Below, piece by piece: positions 1-12,414 of a stretch of DNA of 64,000 bases; the first letter of the stretch is position 1, and every line of letters begins with the position of its first letter. The DNA is from Pristiophorus japonicus (taxonomy: Eukaryota). The notes below the pieces were generated by a model, which was given only the letters and a program-made list of their open reading frames with translations, was not told the origin of the DNA and ran no database searches. The DNA is taken from NCBI RefSeq assembly GCF_044704955.1, contig NC_091978.1, forward strand, positions 17,670,001 through 17,734,000. The letters run 5' to 3'. Position numbers and translations under genes: made by a program.

Positions 1-1181
1 AGTGAGCAAAATTAAAGCACATGGTATTGGTCATGTCCAGCTGCATTTTTTAGAGAGATCCAGTTTACATCATCCATATTGACATGGATAGAGAACTGGT
101 TGGCAGACAGGAAGCAAAGAGTAGGAATAAATGGGTCCTTTTCAGAATGGCAGGCAGTGACTAGTGGGGTGCCGCAAGGTTCAGTGCTGGGACCCCAGCT
201 ATTTACAATATACATTCATGATTTAGATGAAGGAATTGAATGTAATATCTCCAAGTTTGCAGATGACACTAAGCTGGGTGGCGGTGTGAGCTGTGAGGAG
301 GATGCTAAGAGGCTGCAGGGTGACTTAGACAGGTTAGGTGAGTGGGCAAATGCGGATGCAATATAATGTAGATAAATGTTAGGTTATCCACTTTGGTGAC
401 AAAAACAGGAAGGCAGAATATTATCTGATTGGTGACAGATTATGAAAAGGGGAGGTGCAACGAGACCTGGGTGTCATGGTACATCAGTCATTGATAGTTA
501 GCATGCCGATACAGCAGACGCTCAAGAAGGCAAATGGTATGTTGGCCTTCATAGCTAGGGGATTTGAGTATAGGAGCAGGGAGGTGTTACTGCAATTGTA
601 CAGGGCCTTGGTGAGGTCTCACCTTGAATATTGTGTACAGTTTTGGTATCCTAATCTGAGGAAGGACATTCTTGCTATTGAGGTAGTGCAGCGAAGGTTC
701 ACCAGACTGATTCTCGGGATGGCAGGACTGACATATGAAGAAAGACTGGATCGACTAGGCTTATATTCACTGGAATTTAGAAGAATGAGAGGGGATCTCA
801 TAGAAACATATAAAATTCTGATGGGATTGGACAGGTTAGATGCAAGAAGAATGTTCCCAATGTTGGGGAAGTCCAGAACCAGGGGTCACAGTCTAAGGAT
901 AAGGGGTAAGCCATTTAGGACCGAGATGAGGCGAAACCTCTTCACTCCGAGAATTATGAACCTGTGGAATTCTCTACCACAGAAAGCTGTTGAGGCCAGT
1001 TCGTTAGATATATTCAAAAGGGAGTTAGATATGGCCCTTATTGCTAAAGGGATCAAGGGGTATAGAGAGAAAGCAGGAATGGGGTACTGAAGTTGAATGA
1101 TCAGTCATGATCATATTGAATGATGGTACAGGCTAGAAGGGCCGAATGGCTTACTCCTGCACCTATTTTCTATGTTTCTAT
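1..1181 (+). mobile_element. CR1 LINE, 3' part of ORF2 (RT) plus 3' UTR, decayed
   Basis: [49 protein letters not shown] motifs; frameshifts; 3' (CTATGTTT)n-like tail. Confidence 0.95.
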
Positions 1182-1182
1182 G

Positions 1183-1889
1183 AAATTGATTATCGACCAT
1201 TTTAAGACTAACATCGCCTGGGTGCTAATTTTAGCACCGGTGGTAGCGATATTGATTTTTAGCCCCCTAAGAATGGAGTGGAGCGCTAAGGGAAGCATTC
1301 CACACTTCTCTTTGGGTGCTTAGCCGTTAGTGCAACTGAAGTTCTGGTGCTATAATACTTGCAAGGTAATGCTTAAAGGGGAGGTCAGCTGGAGCACCTG
1401 AAAACGTTTTAAAAAATTGCAAGGGATCTAAATAAAACATTAACATAGAACAAAGGGAGTGAAGGGTTATGTGGAGTGGGCAGGAAAGTGGAGTTGAGGC
1501 CAAGATCAGCAATGATTTCATTGAATGGCGGAGCAGGCTCGAAGGGCCAAATGGCCTACTCCTGCTCTTAGTTCTTATGTTCTTATAAGAAAGATCGGAG
1601 AAAGTGAAATCTGTGCAAAAATAAATTAAATCAAATATCTAAAACTTACCTTATACACACATTCCTTTCATTAGCGCCCCACGACAGCTGTGAACGCCTG
1701 CTTTTTCTGGCATGATCAGCACCAGGCGGTAAACTAAGCAAAAACACTGAAGATGGTTTCCATGGCGCCGCCGCTAAAAACCTTATACAAGTTCGTGAGC
1801 GGCGCTATTTTCGCTGCGCCCAGGCGATAACTCTTTAGTGCCCTTCGCCAACGCCAACAGCTGGCATTAATCTATTTAATTTTTAGCCC
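1183..1889. mobile_element. Non-autonomous DNA transposon (Harbinger-like MITE) remnant, interrupted by a CR1 3' tail at ~1453-1586
   Basis: CpG-rich body ending in aatttttagccc, the same terminus type as 59535-60184. The left terminus is lost at the CR1 tail. Confidence 0.5.
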
Positions 1890-2099
1890 AAGCTTCTTTA
1901 CTGACTGACTCAGTCATATCCCGCTGCCATTTTTTTAGAGAGATCCAGTTTACATCATCGCTACTGAAGATGCAATTGTTCTCCTACCTCCAGTGCATTT
2001 TGGAAAGTAGCATCTCATAGCAGCAAGCTTCTATTGCAAGGCCTTCTACAGCATTCAAGCTAGTTACAAAACTTATACATTTATGTCGACTTGCAGAGC

Positions 2100-3606
2100 C
2101 TGATTGTAGGTGAGGACATTCTGGATGCCCTAACTATAATCTTCCAAAGGAATCTCGATTCGGGAACCATTCCTTTAGATTGGAAAACTGCGCATGTCGT
2201 ACCGCTATTTAAGAAAGGTGAGAGAGGGAAACCAGGAAATTATAGACCAGTTAGCCTCTGTTGCTGAGAAATTACTAGAGTCTATAATTGAGGAGTGACT
2301 GAACACCTTGAAAGTTTTCAGCTGATCAGAGAGAGCCAGCATGGATTTTTGAAAAGGGGGTTATACATGACGAACCTAATTGAATTTCTTGAAGTGGTAA
2401 CTAAAGTAGTGGACAGGGGATTATCTAGAGATGTTATTTATTCCAGAAGACATTTGATAAAGTTCTTCATAAGAGACTGTTTGCTAAAGTTGAAATCCAT
2501 GGCATTGAAGGCAAATTATTGACCTGGTTTGGAAATTGGCTGAGCGGCAGGAGACAGAGAGTAGGGATAATGGACAGGTACTGTAAATGGCAGGATGTGA
2601 CTGGTGGTGTCCCACAAGGATCTATGTTGGGGCCTCAACTACTCATTGCATTTATTAATGACTTAACGATGGGATAGAAAGCCACATATCGAAGTTTGCC
2701 GTTGACACAAAGATAGGCAACAGTGTAGGCAGTGTCGATGGAAGCATGAAATGACAAAGAGATATTAATAGATTAAGCAAATGGTCAAAATTGTGGCATT
2801 GTGGATTTCAACGTAGGCAAATGAGACGTCATCCACTTTGGACCTAAAAACGATAGACAGAGTACTTTCTAAATGGTGAAAAGCTAGAAACAGTGTAGGT
2901 CCAAAGAGACTTAGGGGTCCATGTACCAAGATCATTAAAGTGTCATGGATAGGTACAAAAAATAATCAAAAAGGCTAATGGAATGATGCCCTTTATATCT
3001 AGAGACTAAAATATAAGGGGGTAGAAGTTATGCTACAGCTATGCAAAGTCCTGGTTCGACTACACCTAGAGTACTGTGAGCAGTTCTGGGCACCACACCT
3101 TAAGGAGGATATATTGGTCTTGGAGGGAGTGCAGTGTAGGTTTACCAGAATGATACCTGGACTCCAAGGGTTAAATTACAAGGAGAGATTACACAAACTC
3201 GGATTGTATTCCCTGGAATTTAGATGGTTAAGGTCTAATTTGATCGAAGTTTTCAAGATATTAAGGGGAATTGATAGGGTAGATAGAGAGAAACAATTAT
3301 CGCTGGTTGGGGAGTCTAGGACTAGGGGGCATAGTCTAAAGATTAGAGGCAGGTCTTTCAGGAATGAAATTAGGAAACACTTTTACATGCGAAGGGGTAG
3401 AAATTTGGAACTGGCTTCTGCAAATGGCAACTGATGTTAGGATCATTTCAAATCTGAGATTGATAGAATTTTGTTAACCAAAGGTTATCAAGGGATATGG
3501 GCCAAAGGCGGGTATTTGGAGTTTGGTCACAACTCAGCCATGTTCTCATTGGATGGCAGGAAAGGCTCAAGGGGCTGAATGGCCTCCTCCTGCTCCTATG
3601 TTCTTA
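2100..3606 (+). mobile_element. CR1 LINE ORF2 3' region, decayed
   Basis: NYRPVS, ESQHGF, HLEYCEQFWAP, RTRGHSLKI motifs with many stops; CR1-type 3' UTR. Confidence 0.93.
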
Positions 3607-3729
3607 TTATTGCTGTGGATGAGTTGAACAGCCCAGTCATAGAATGCAAGGTGGCTGCCAAGGTGACCCTTCCCACAATGCACTGCAAGAAGGAGGAAAA
3701 ACAACTGCACGTCAATATTGGCCTCTTAC

Positions 3730-3865
3730 CGTCTCCTCTCTCATTAGTTCTGTGATGTGATGGGTGGCTTTCTTGTGCGCTTGGAATAGGCTGATGACAC
3801 TTGTCTGGTCCGGATCAAGAATATTGCCGTTCTCATCTCGAACAACAAGATCTAATTCCAGCATC
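3730..3865 (-). CDS. DOCK2: Internal coding exon (136 bp) of a DOCK-A family Rac GEF, most similar to DOCK2 (equivalent to human exon 7)
   Basis: Encodes (K)[45 protein letters not shown], matching recalled DOCK2 [34 protein letters not shown]. Acceptor tgcag|G at 3866-3867, donor ACG|gtaaga at 3728-3729. Phase fits the exon at 6113-6261. Orthology versus a DOCK2-like paralog is not resolved. Confidence 0.9.
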
Positions 3866-4599
3866 CTGCAATACAAGGAGACTAATGAACTAAGAAAGAC
3901 ATTTGTCAAAGTTAGTGACGCCAATGACAGCAGTTAGATGAGAGTGGACATGTTTTAAACTTGTTTTTGTAGCCGTAGACAACAAATTATCACCAGTTGG
4001 ACAATCTAGTGCCATTAATAGTTCCACATATTGGCAGGAGATACTCAAAGTAGCAATAAGCATCCCTTGCCAAACCGAGCTATAGAGAAAAGGCCCTTCA
4101 GTCCATTCAATCTCAGGCTATACACAGATCGCCTTCAGATGCACTCTACCCAATGAAGAAGTAAATCTTTCTCTTCATCATCTGGCCAGGAATCTGGCAG
4201 ATTCTGATAGAGTAGGTGGCAGAATCTGGTAGATCCTGCCCAATTTTTATTCCATTGATTTAGTATTCACATGTATTTTCCAGAAATGAAATTACATTGA
4301 GAATTGAGTAGGCATCCGGTATAATAGATCTCCCCACTCAATAACCACCACCACCACTCCATTCCCCACCTGACTTGTCCAGTCGATCACACTGCCAATA
4401 TTTGTCCCAGCTGGAAATTCTAAACCCGATGGCAAGGAATAAAGATAGGAATGATCTGTTAGAACCCTCCAGTTCCTAAACATTTCCACAGCCCAGAACA
4501 AAGTTCAGGCTGACCCAGATCACTCAAAATTGTCGCTTCTAAAAATACATGTACCTAACTGTAATCTACATGGTTATCAGCTCCAACCAAGCTTTGGGT

Positions 4600-4935
4600 C
4601 TATATTTTAGGATTTTGTAAGGAATTGATAGATTTAGACAGTATATAGATTTTTTTTTCCACTGGTGGGGGGAGTCTAGGGCAAGGGGACATAATCTTAA
4701 AATCAGAGCCAGGCCATTCAGGATAGAAGTTAGGGAGCACTTCTTCACAGAAAGGGTGGTAAAGTGTGGAGCTCTCTCTTACAAAAAGCAGTAGATGGTG
4801 TCGCAATTAATCATTTCACATTTGAGATTGATAGATTTTGGCTAGCCAAGGGTATAAAGGGATATGGAGCCAAGGCAGGTGGATGGAGTTACGATACAGA
4901 ATGGCAGAACAGGCTTGGTTGGCCTACTCCTGTTC
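4600..4935 (+). mobile_element. CR1 3' fragment
   Basis: Homologous to the 3' ends of neighbouring CR1 copies (gggacataatcttaaaatcagagcc...gagattgatagatttt). Confidence 0.8.
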
Positions 4936-5184
4936 ATATAGCAGTTTGGTACAACTGAGTGGATTGCTCGATCACTTCAGAGGGCAAGAGTTAACCACAT
5001 TGGAGTGGGACTAGAGTCACAAAAAGGCCACTGGATAAAGACAGCGGGTTTCCTTCCTTACATTAGTGAGATAATTGGTTGATACGACAATCCGACAGCT
5101 TCCTGGTCACTATTACTGATCCCAGTTATTTAGTTCCAGATGTTTTAAACTGAATTCAAATTATCACATGGGTGGGATTTCAAC

Positions 5185-5963
5185 TGATTAAGTGAATGGG
5201 CAAAACTGTGGCAAATGATTTCATCCGCTTTGTACCTAAAATGGTGAAAGGCTAAAAACAGTGGAGGTCCAAAAAGACTTGGGAGTCCAGGTACATACTC
5301 CAATAAAGTGTCATGAACAGGTACAGCAAATAATCAAAAGGCTAATGGGATGCTGGCCGTTATATCTAGAGGACTAGAGTACAAGGGGGTAGAAGTTATG
5401 CTGCAGCTGTACAACGCTCTGGTTAGACCACAGCTGGAGTACTGTGAGCAGTTCTGGGCACCACACCTTAGGAAGGATTGGATGAAGGATAAGTTTACCA
5501 GAATGATTCCTGGACTTCAAGGATTAAGTTACGAGGAGCGATTACACAAACTAGGGTTGTATTCCCTAGAATTTAGAAGGTTAAAGGGATGATCTAATCG
5601 CAGTTTTTCAAAATATTAAGGGGAACAGATAGGGTAGATAGAGAGAAACTATTTCTGTTGGTTGGGAATTCTAAGATTAGGGGGCATAGTATAAAAATTA
5701 GAGCTAGATCTTTCAGGAATGATGTTAGGAAATTTCTTCTGCACACAAACATTGGTAGAAGTTTGGAACTCTCTTCCACAAACGGCAATTGATGCTAGAC
5801 CAATTGATAATTATAAATCGGAGATTGATAGCTTTCTGTTAACCAAAGGTATTAAGGGATATGGGGGAAAGGCAGGTATATGGAAGTAGGTCGGAGGTCA
5901 ACCATGATCTCGTTGAATGGCGGAATAGGCTCGAGGGCCTGAATGGCCTGTTCCTATGTTCCT
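5185..5963 (+). mobile_element. CR1 3' fragment
   Basis: LYNALVRPQLEYCEQFWAP, LGLYSLEFRRL; tail cctatgttcc. Confidence 0.9.
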
Positions 5964-6112
5964 AACTCACGTTTTACAGAATTCTTTGTCGAGGTCTCGG
6001 GTACGAGTCCAGCAACGTACCACAACACTACCGTACCCTTAAAGGTGACCTCAACTCACACCAATGCATCAGACAAGCTGTAGCCGCGAGAATACAGAGA
6101 CGTCAAACATAC

Positions 6113-6261
6113 TTGTTGCCAAAGTCAATTTTTGTGGTGACTTCTTGCTTCAGTTCCTTCAGCTCATCCTGTGGCAGGGTTCCTGACAGAAGTTGAGACC
6201 GCCTTTCCATCAAGTCGCACATCATCGAGGTAACCTGCCGAAACTTGGAAATCTGAGCAGT
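6113..6261 (-). CDS. DOCK2: Internal coding exon (149 bp) of the same DOCK2-like gene (equivalent to human exon 6)
   Basis: Encodes [49 protein letters not shown](K), containing the DOCK1/2/5 motif [17 protein letters not shown]. Acceptor ttatttcag|, donor AA|gtatgt. The split codon AA+G=Lys joins in frame to the next exon. Confidence 0.92.
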
Positions 6262-6414
6262 CTGAAATAAGTCAAAACAAAACAAAAAGTTAACAGACGT
6301 CTTTGAGACTTGGGATCCTGATCGGCACGCGTGCTGTGCAGAGAAAGTACAGTAATGAGGGCATTGCTGTCTTGAATTTTTGCAAGCCACAATCACTAGA
6401 GGGGTAGAATTTTA

Positions 6415-6738
6415 ACTTTGTTAAACTTGTATCGAACCTTGGTGAGACCGCACTTGAAGTACTGCTTACAGTTCTGGTTGCCAGATTATAAAAAGGTAAT
6501 AGAGGGTGCAAAGAGATTTACAGAACTGCAAGGTTATACCTATCAGGAAAGATTGAACAGGCTGGGTCTCTTTTCTCTTGAAAAGAGAAAGTTTAGGAGT
6601 GACCTAATAGAGGTCTTTAAAATTATGAAAGATTTTAATAGAGTAGACACAGAAAGAATGCTTCCACTTATCGAGAAGGCCATCAATATAAGAAATCAAA
6701 TAGGGAATTCAGAAGAAATTTCTTTACCCAGAGAATGG
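6415..6738 (+). mobile_element. CR1 fragment, continuing at ~7110-7240 after a SINE insertion
   Basis: LYRTLVRPHLKYC, LGLFSLEKRK, SDLIEVFKIM. Confidence 0.8.
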
Positions 6739-6759
6739 TATCTTAAATTTGTTCCTGGG

Positions 6760-7108
6760 AATCATTGGCAAGGCCAGTATTTATTGCCCATCCCTAACTG
6801 CCCTGGAGAAGGTGGTGGTGAGCCACCATTTCAGAGGGCAGTTAAGAGCCAACCACATTGCTGTGGGCCTGGAGTCACATGTAGGCCCAGACCAGGTAAG
6901 GACAGCAGATTTCCTTCCCTAAAGGACATTAGTGAACCAGCTGGGTTTTTATGACAATTCAGTAGTTTGATGGTCACCATTACTGATACTAGCTTTTCAT
7001 TCCAGATTTATTTAATTAACTGAATTTAAATTCCCCAGCTGCTGTGGTGGGATTTGAACTCATGTCTCCAGATTACTAGTCCAGTAACATAACCACGATA
7101 CTACTGTG
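6760..7108 (-). mobile_element. tRNA-headed SINE (family B)
   Basis: Reverse complement of the family at 35786-36158; shares the gggatgggcaataaa tail with the LINE family at 42938-44875. Confidence 0.75.
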
Positions 7109-7584
7109 CAGAAGGGAATAGAGGGTTATGTTGATAGAGTTAGATGAGAAAGGATGGCAGGACGCTCATGTGGAGCATAAATGACAGCATGGACAGGTTG
7201 GGCCAAATAGCCTGTTTCTGTGCTGTATGTCCGATGTAATCCTTTTTAATAAACAGACTTGTAACAAAACCAGAAAGTGCTTTAAATACACCGCAGGTAC
7301 ATAGGGTAAGGTGGGGGGGGTTTCTAATCCTTCAACAGAACTGAAAACCGAAAGATCATTTCGATAACGAAGGATTCAAGAATGACGATGGCATACATTG
7401 CCCGCTTTCCTCAGGGCCCTGATCATTTCCACTTGTTTTATGCTGGTTATTATGTTACAAAGCCTTGGAGAGGGTGCGGAGGAGCTTTATTCGAATGATA
7501 GCGGGAACTTCGGTTATGCGGAGAGGAATTTCTAAAGGGAAATTGGATATATCCTTGAAAATGAAGAATTTGCAGGCCACAGGG

Positions 7585-7812
7585 AAAGAAAGAAGTGCAT
7601 TTATATAGCGCCTTTCACGACCACCAGACGTCTCAAAGCACTTTACAGCCAATTAAGAACTTTTGAAGTGTAGTCACTGTTGTAATGTGGGAAACGCGGC
7701 AGCCAACTTGCGCACAGCAAATTCCCACAAACAACAATGTGATAATGACCAGATAATCTGTTTTTGTTACATTGATTGAGGGATAAACATTGGCCCCAGG
7801 ACACCAGGGAGA
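7585..7812 (-). mobile_element. Deu-domain SINE 3' half inserted in a CR1 tail
   Basis: Reverse complement of the 3' half of 9297-9738. Confidence 0.8.
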
Positions 7813-8789
7813 GTGGGACCCATTGGCTCCCCCTTTCAAAGGGCCGGCATAGCCACAATGGGCCGAATGGCCTCCTTCTGTGCTGTAAGCTTCTGTTTAT
7901 AATGAGACTCTGTGACGTTCAAAGGGACAGAACAAGGTAGCAGAACAATTCACGGTGCATTACATGCGATAATGCTCCTGTCACAATAAAACAGTACATC
8001 TCTGGACCGACCGAGAGCAACAGCACCCGGAGATCTGCTAGTTCTCATTTGAATATTTCTTTCCGCAAAAGTGAATTAAGAAATGCAGATCAAATTGCAT
8101 TAATGCCACCTCATTAAAAAGAAAGTCAGCATTGCAAATTGCCTCAAGAAATCTCTTCTCAGAATGACTGAGAGGCAAAAGTTATAATTAAGCTCTTAGC
8201 ACTAATTAAGCTGGTATTCATGCCTCGGTATATCATTCTGCTGTAATTGGTTATTACAGAAAAGGGCAGCTGCAGTCTCTGAAACATCTCTCTCTACTAA
8301 TTCTCACATTACATACTTAATTGGCTTTTTTGTAAAGAAGCACTTGAGGGGTTATGAATATCCTTATTTTTGGGGGAAAAAAAGCTTCCCTTTTTGCCCT
8401 GCCGATGATTTATTGAAGGCACGCAAGGAAGAAAGTGATGATGTGAAGTGATAAAAACTCAATGGCCTTGAACAGCTCACTGCAGGAGAGCCATTATTGC
8501 TTGCGTTCATTGACGGTGCTACATTATCTGATGTCGCCCGATTGCGTGGTTAGCCTGTTCAAGATGACGGATTTTTTTTTTCTTCCTCAGTATAATCTTT
8601 GAAGATTATTTCTTCAGCTTGAGAATCCACTCGATTGGTCATTTTTTGAACCAACCAATCGTTTCGCTAGCTTTTGTGGGTCATTTATCTGACCGATCCT
8701 GGTTAATAGCATTTTGTGAAGCCGTGAAAATCCTGTCCCTTTTAGGGCTAAAATTCCATTGGGCAGCACATCTTGGCATCAGTTTGGCG

Positions 8790-9196
8790 GAGAGACTATG
8801 AGAAGCTGGGGTTGCTCTCCTGAAAGCAAGGAGATTTGACAGAGGCATTCACAATCTTGAAGGGTTTTTGATAAGAGTAAATAAAGAGAAACTGTTTTCT
8901 GCTGACAGGAGGGTCGGTAACCAGAGGACACAGATTTAATTGGCAAAAGAACCAGAGGTGAGATGAGGAGAATTCTTTTTTATACAGCGAGTTATTACGA
9001 TCCGGAATGCACTGCCTGAAAGAGTGGTGGAAACAAATTCAATAGCGACTTTCAAAAAGGAATTGGATAAATACTTGAAGGGGAAAAAATTGCCGGGCTA
9101 TGGGGAAAGAGCAAGTTAGATAGCTCTTCCAAAGAACCAGCGCAGGCACGATGGGCCAAACGGCCTCCTTCTGTGTTGTAAGCTGCTATGATTCTA
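8790..9196 (+). mobile_element. CR1 3' fragment
   Basis: accagaggacacagattt, ggaatgcactgcctgaaa, ggcctccttctgtg...ctatgattct tail. Confidence 0.8.
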
Positions 9197-9296
9197 GGTG
9201 CATCTGCCCTGGATCACTCCCACTGATCCCATGGGTCAGGGAGAGGTCCTTTAATCATCAGGGGCAACTGCCATTGCTATAGATTTTGTTTAGTTT

Positions 9297-9738
9297 GTCA
9301 GCTGTGGCTCAGTGGGTAGCACTCTCACCTCTGAGTTAGAAGGTTGTGGGTTCAAATTCTACTTGAGCACAAAAAGAATCCAGGCTGATACTACTGCATT
9401 GCCGGAGGTGCTGTCTTTCTGGTGAGACATTAAACTGAAGCCCTGTCTGCTCTCGCAAGTGGACGTAAAAGATCCCATGGCATTATTTTGAAGAAGAACA
9501 GGGGAGTTATCCCCAGTGTCCTGGCCAATATTTATCCCTCAATCAACATTAACAAAAACAGATTATCTGGTCATTATCACATTGCTGTTTGTGGGAGCTT
9601 GCTGTGCGCAAGTTGACTGCCACATTTCCTACATTACAACAGTGACTACACTCCAAAAGTACTTTGTTGTCTGTAAAGCGCTTTGAGATGTCCGATGGTC
9701 ATGAAAGGCGCTATATAAATCGTTTCTTTCTTTTTTTT
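9297..9738 (+). mobile_element. Near full-length tRNA-headed DeuSINE (SacSINE1/AmnSINE1-like)
   Basis: A box tggctcagtggg, B box ggttcaaatt; Deu-domain-like core ggaggtgctgtctttc..tgagac..taaaagatcccatggca..gtgtcctggccaa; tail aggcgctatataaat. Confidence 0.85.
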
Positions 9739-10394
9739 AGTTGCCCTCTTATAAAGAATTTCCTCAAAGAATTGTATCAGGTTGCCAAGCATGATCTTCC
9801 TTTCTGAAATGGAGTTAGGCTGCTTCTAATTATTTTTGCTTCATCTGTCTGATCAAAACCCCTCTCCCCCGCCCCACCCCGATCTGGTCACATGACTTGA
9901 CCCATAGTACTCATCTTGCATGATTGGAAACCCATGAAAAAAAAAACGAGTATTTTCTACTAAGACAATGGCCATTTCACAATTTGCCTGAGGCTTCGGA
10001 AAGCTAAATAGTCACAAGATGAAAATTGACATAATTGGATGATTGGATTAAAGGTTGGGACTGGTGAGGCAAAAGCCTGTTCAGTTCCACAGCTATAAGC
10101 GGACTCCTCTTAAACTAATTTGACACAGCCTCAATTTAGTTATAAATGGGAATCACAAAACGTTAATTCGCCGCTAATTGAGATTCGCACTCTGCAAGGC
10201 CGCAAGGACCTCGGGTGGAGGAACTCAAATTGACGCATGTATCGGAGTTCAGACATACTGCATTATTTTGAAGAAGAACAGGGGAGTTATCCCCAGTGTC
10301 CTGGCCAATATTTATCCCTCAATCAACATAACAAAAGCAGAGCAAAGGATGCTTTCCCCCGTCTCTGGCCATTGCTACACTTCATCAGTATTTG

Positions 10395-10840
10395 ATGCTG
10401 ACACCGGCCCATTAATATGCTGGTCCAGCATGGCTCCTCAAATTCTGGCTGCACTTCAGTCCCACGCTCCTGATCTTTGTGCACCCTGTGCAGAGGGGAG
10501 CGGACAGGTCGGAGGGCCTCCTCGTAGGACTGCTCCTGGGCATGGCCAAGGGGGCCATCAGCCAGTCCAGGCGGTTGAGGGGGTCGTTCAGCCCGACTGC
10601 CTGCCTCTCTTCCGCGGTTACATCCGAGCCAGGGTGTCCCTGGAGATGGAGCACGCGGTGTCCACCGGTACGCTCACGGCCTTCCGCGAGAGGTGGGCAC
10701 CGGAGGGACTGAAGTGCATCATTTCAACAGGGAACAAAATTGTAATTTGATTTGATTTGACAAAGGTTCCCTTAATGTTCAATTGTTAATTTATGGTTTT
10801 TGGTGCCCTCAAAAAAAAAGTAGCACTTGATTGAAAGTTA
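10395..10840 (+). mobile_element. Tx1/L1-clade non-LTR retrotransposon ORF2 C-terminus and 3' UTR fragment
   Basis: LLVGLLLGMAKGAI and LFRGYIRARVSLEMEHAVSTGTLTAFRERW resemble Tx1 ORF2 ends; AT-rich 3' UTR follows. Confidence 0.65.
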
Positions 10841-10959
10841 CTTTAAAATAGTTGTAGCTTTTCAGGCTGAATTTTATATAGCTAAGTCTCTTTAACTATG
10901 AATAACGAGCCACCTGTACAGATGTCACCCTTCAAGCAGCATCCATTTCGTGACACAGT

Positions 10960-11783
10960 TAAAAATGTGATTGCACTAGACAGGGTACAGAGGAGATTTA
11001 TGACAATGTTTCCAGGACTGGAGAAGTTCAGCTGTGAGCAAAGGTTGGATCAGCTGGGGTTGTTTTCTTGGGAACAGAGGAGGCTGAGGGAGACTTGATT
11101 GAGGTATTTAAAATTATGGGGGGGCTCAGATAGAGTGGATAAAAGAAAAAAAGAAAAGAAAGACTTGCATTTATATAGCGTCTTTCACGACCACCAGATG
11201 TCTCAAAGCGCTTTACAGCCAATGAAGTACTTTTGATGTGTTGTCACTGTTGTAATGTGGGCAGTCAATTTGCACACAGCAAGCTCCCACAAACAGAAAT
11301 GTGATAAGGAGCAGATCACCTGTTTTAGTGTTGTTGGTTGAGGGATAATTATTGGCCAGAACACTGGGGATAACTCCCTGCTCTTTTTCGAAATATGCCA
11401 TGGGATCTTTTACATACACCTGAGAGAGCAAATGGTTTAACGGCTCATCCTAAAGACAGCACCTCCGGTAGTGGAGAGGAAGGACTTATTTCCCTTAGAG
11501 GAGAGGTCAACAACCAGGGGACATAGATTTAACGTAAACAGTAGAAGGATTAGAGGGCAGTTAACATGAACTTCTTTCACCCAGAGGATGGTGGGAGTCT
11601 GGAGCTCACTGCCTGAAAGGGTTGCCGAGGCAGAAACCCTCAACGCATTGAAATGCTGTAACCCACAGGGCTATGGACCAAGAGCTGGAAAGTGGGATTA
11701 GGCTGGATAGCTCTTTGTCAGCCGGCACAGACACGATGAGCTGATTGGCCGCTTTCTGTGCTGTATATTTCTAGGATTCTATG
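10960..11783 (+). mobile_element. CR1 3' fragment split by a minus-strand DeuSINE (~11145-11468)
   Basis: VQRRFMTMFPGL..LGLFSWEQRRLR; gagtgga precedes and tagtgga follows the SINE. Confidence 0.8.
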
Positions 11784-12414
11784 AACTGGAGGAAGATGGA
11801 GCAGTGTGGGAGGAGGGTGAAGAGGAACACTATCCATTTCCACGTAGAGACAGCAGATGATGGGCCAAGTCCCAAAGGACAGGATGTCACCAAGGTTTAC
11901 AAGAGTAGGATTTGGTGTGAGGACATTTCACGGAGCAGCGGTTAGTCATGGTATTTCTGGTTTTTTTTAAAGGCCTGTTGTTTGTTGCTGTTGCTGTAAG
12001 CAAACACAGTTGACAGGGAAACTACAGGAAACAAAGTACGCACCAACTATGAAGTTTCACAACATTCATATTCTGGCTGCTCTCGTTTTTTCTGGATAAC
12101 CCCAGCCCCCGCACTTCAAAAGCAATTCATTCTGTGAAGCACTTTGAGATGTTTCAGTGATGTGATAAGGGAATAAATAAATTGAAATACCTTATTTATC
12201 CTTAACGACAATGGAAAGAGAGATAATACGTGACCGAGAACAAATACAAAGAAACATTAAACAGGAAGCAAGAGCAAAACAATTTAAAAATGTTAAAACA
12301 TATTGTGACGAGTTAACAGAGTCTGAGACGGTCCTACAACGGACTAATATTTTACATGTCATTTATAATCCCTTCTCTGGCCTTGCAGGAATGTAGCACA
12401 GAGAATGTTTTGGG

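Noticed and set aside
3712-3924. ORF-track extents 3712-3924 and 6103-6396 as whole genes
   Set aside because: Only the splice-bounded portions match DOCK; the flanks are intronic read-through.
9297-9365. tRNA gene
   Set aside because: The A/B boxes belong to a SINE head repeated many times in the window; no full cloverleaf.
10178-10750. 190-aa ORF as a host gene
   Set aside because: A chimera of unique sequence, a SINE fragment and a Tx1-like ORF2 end.
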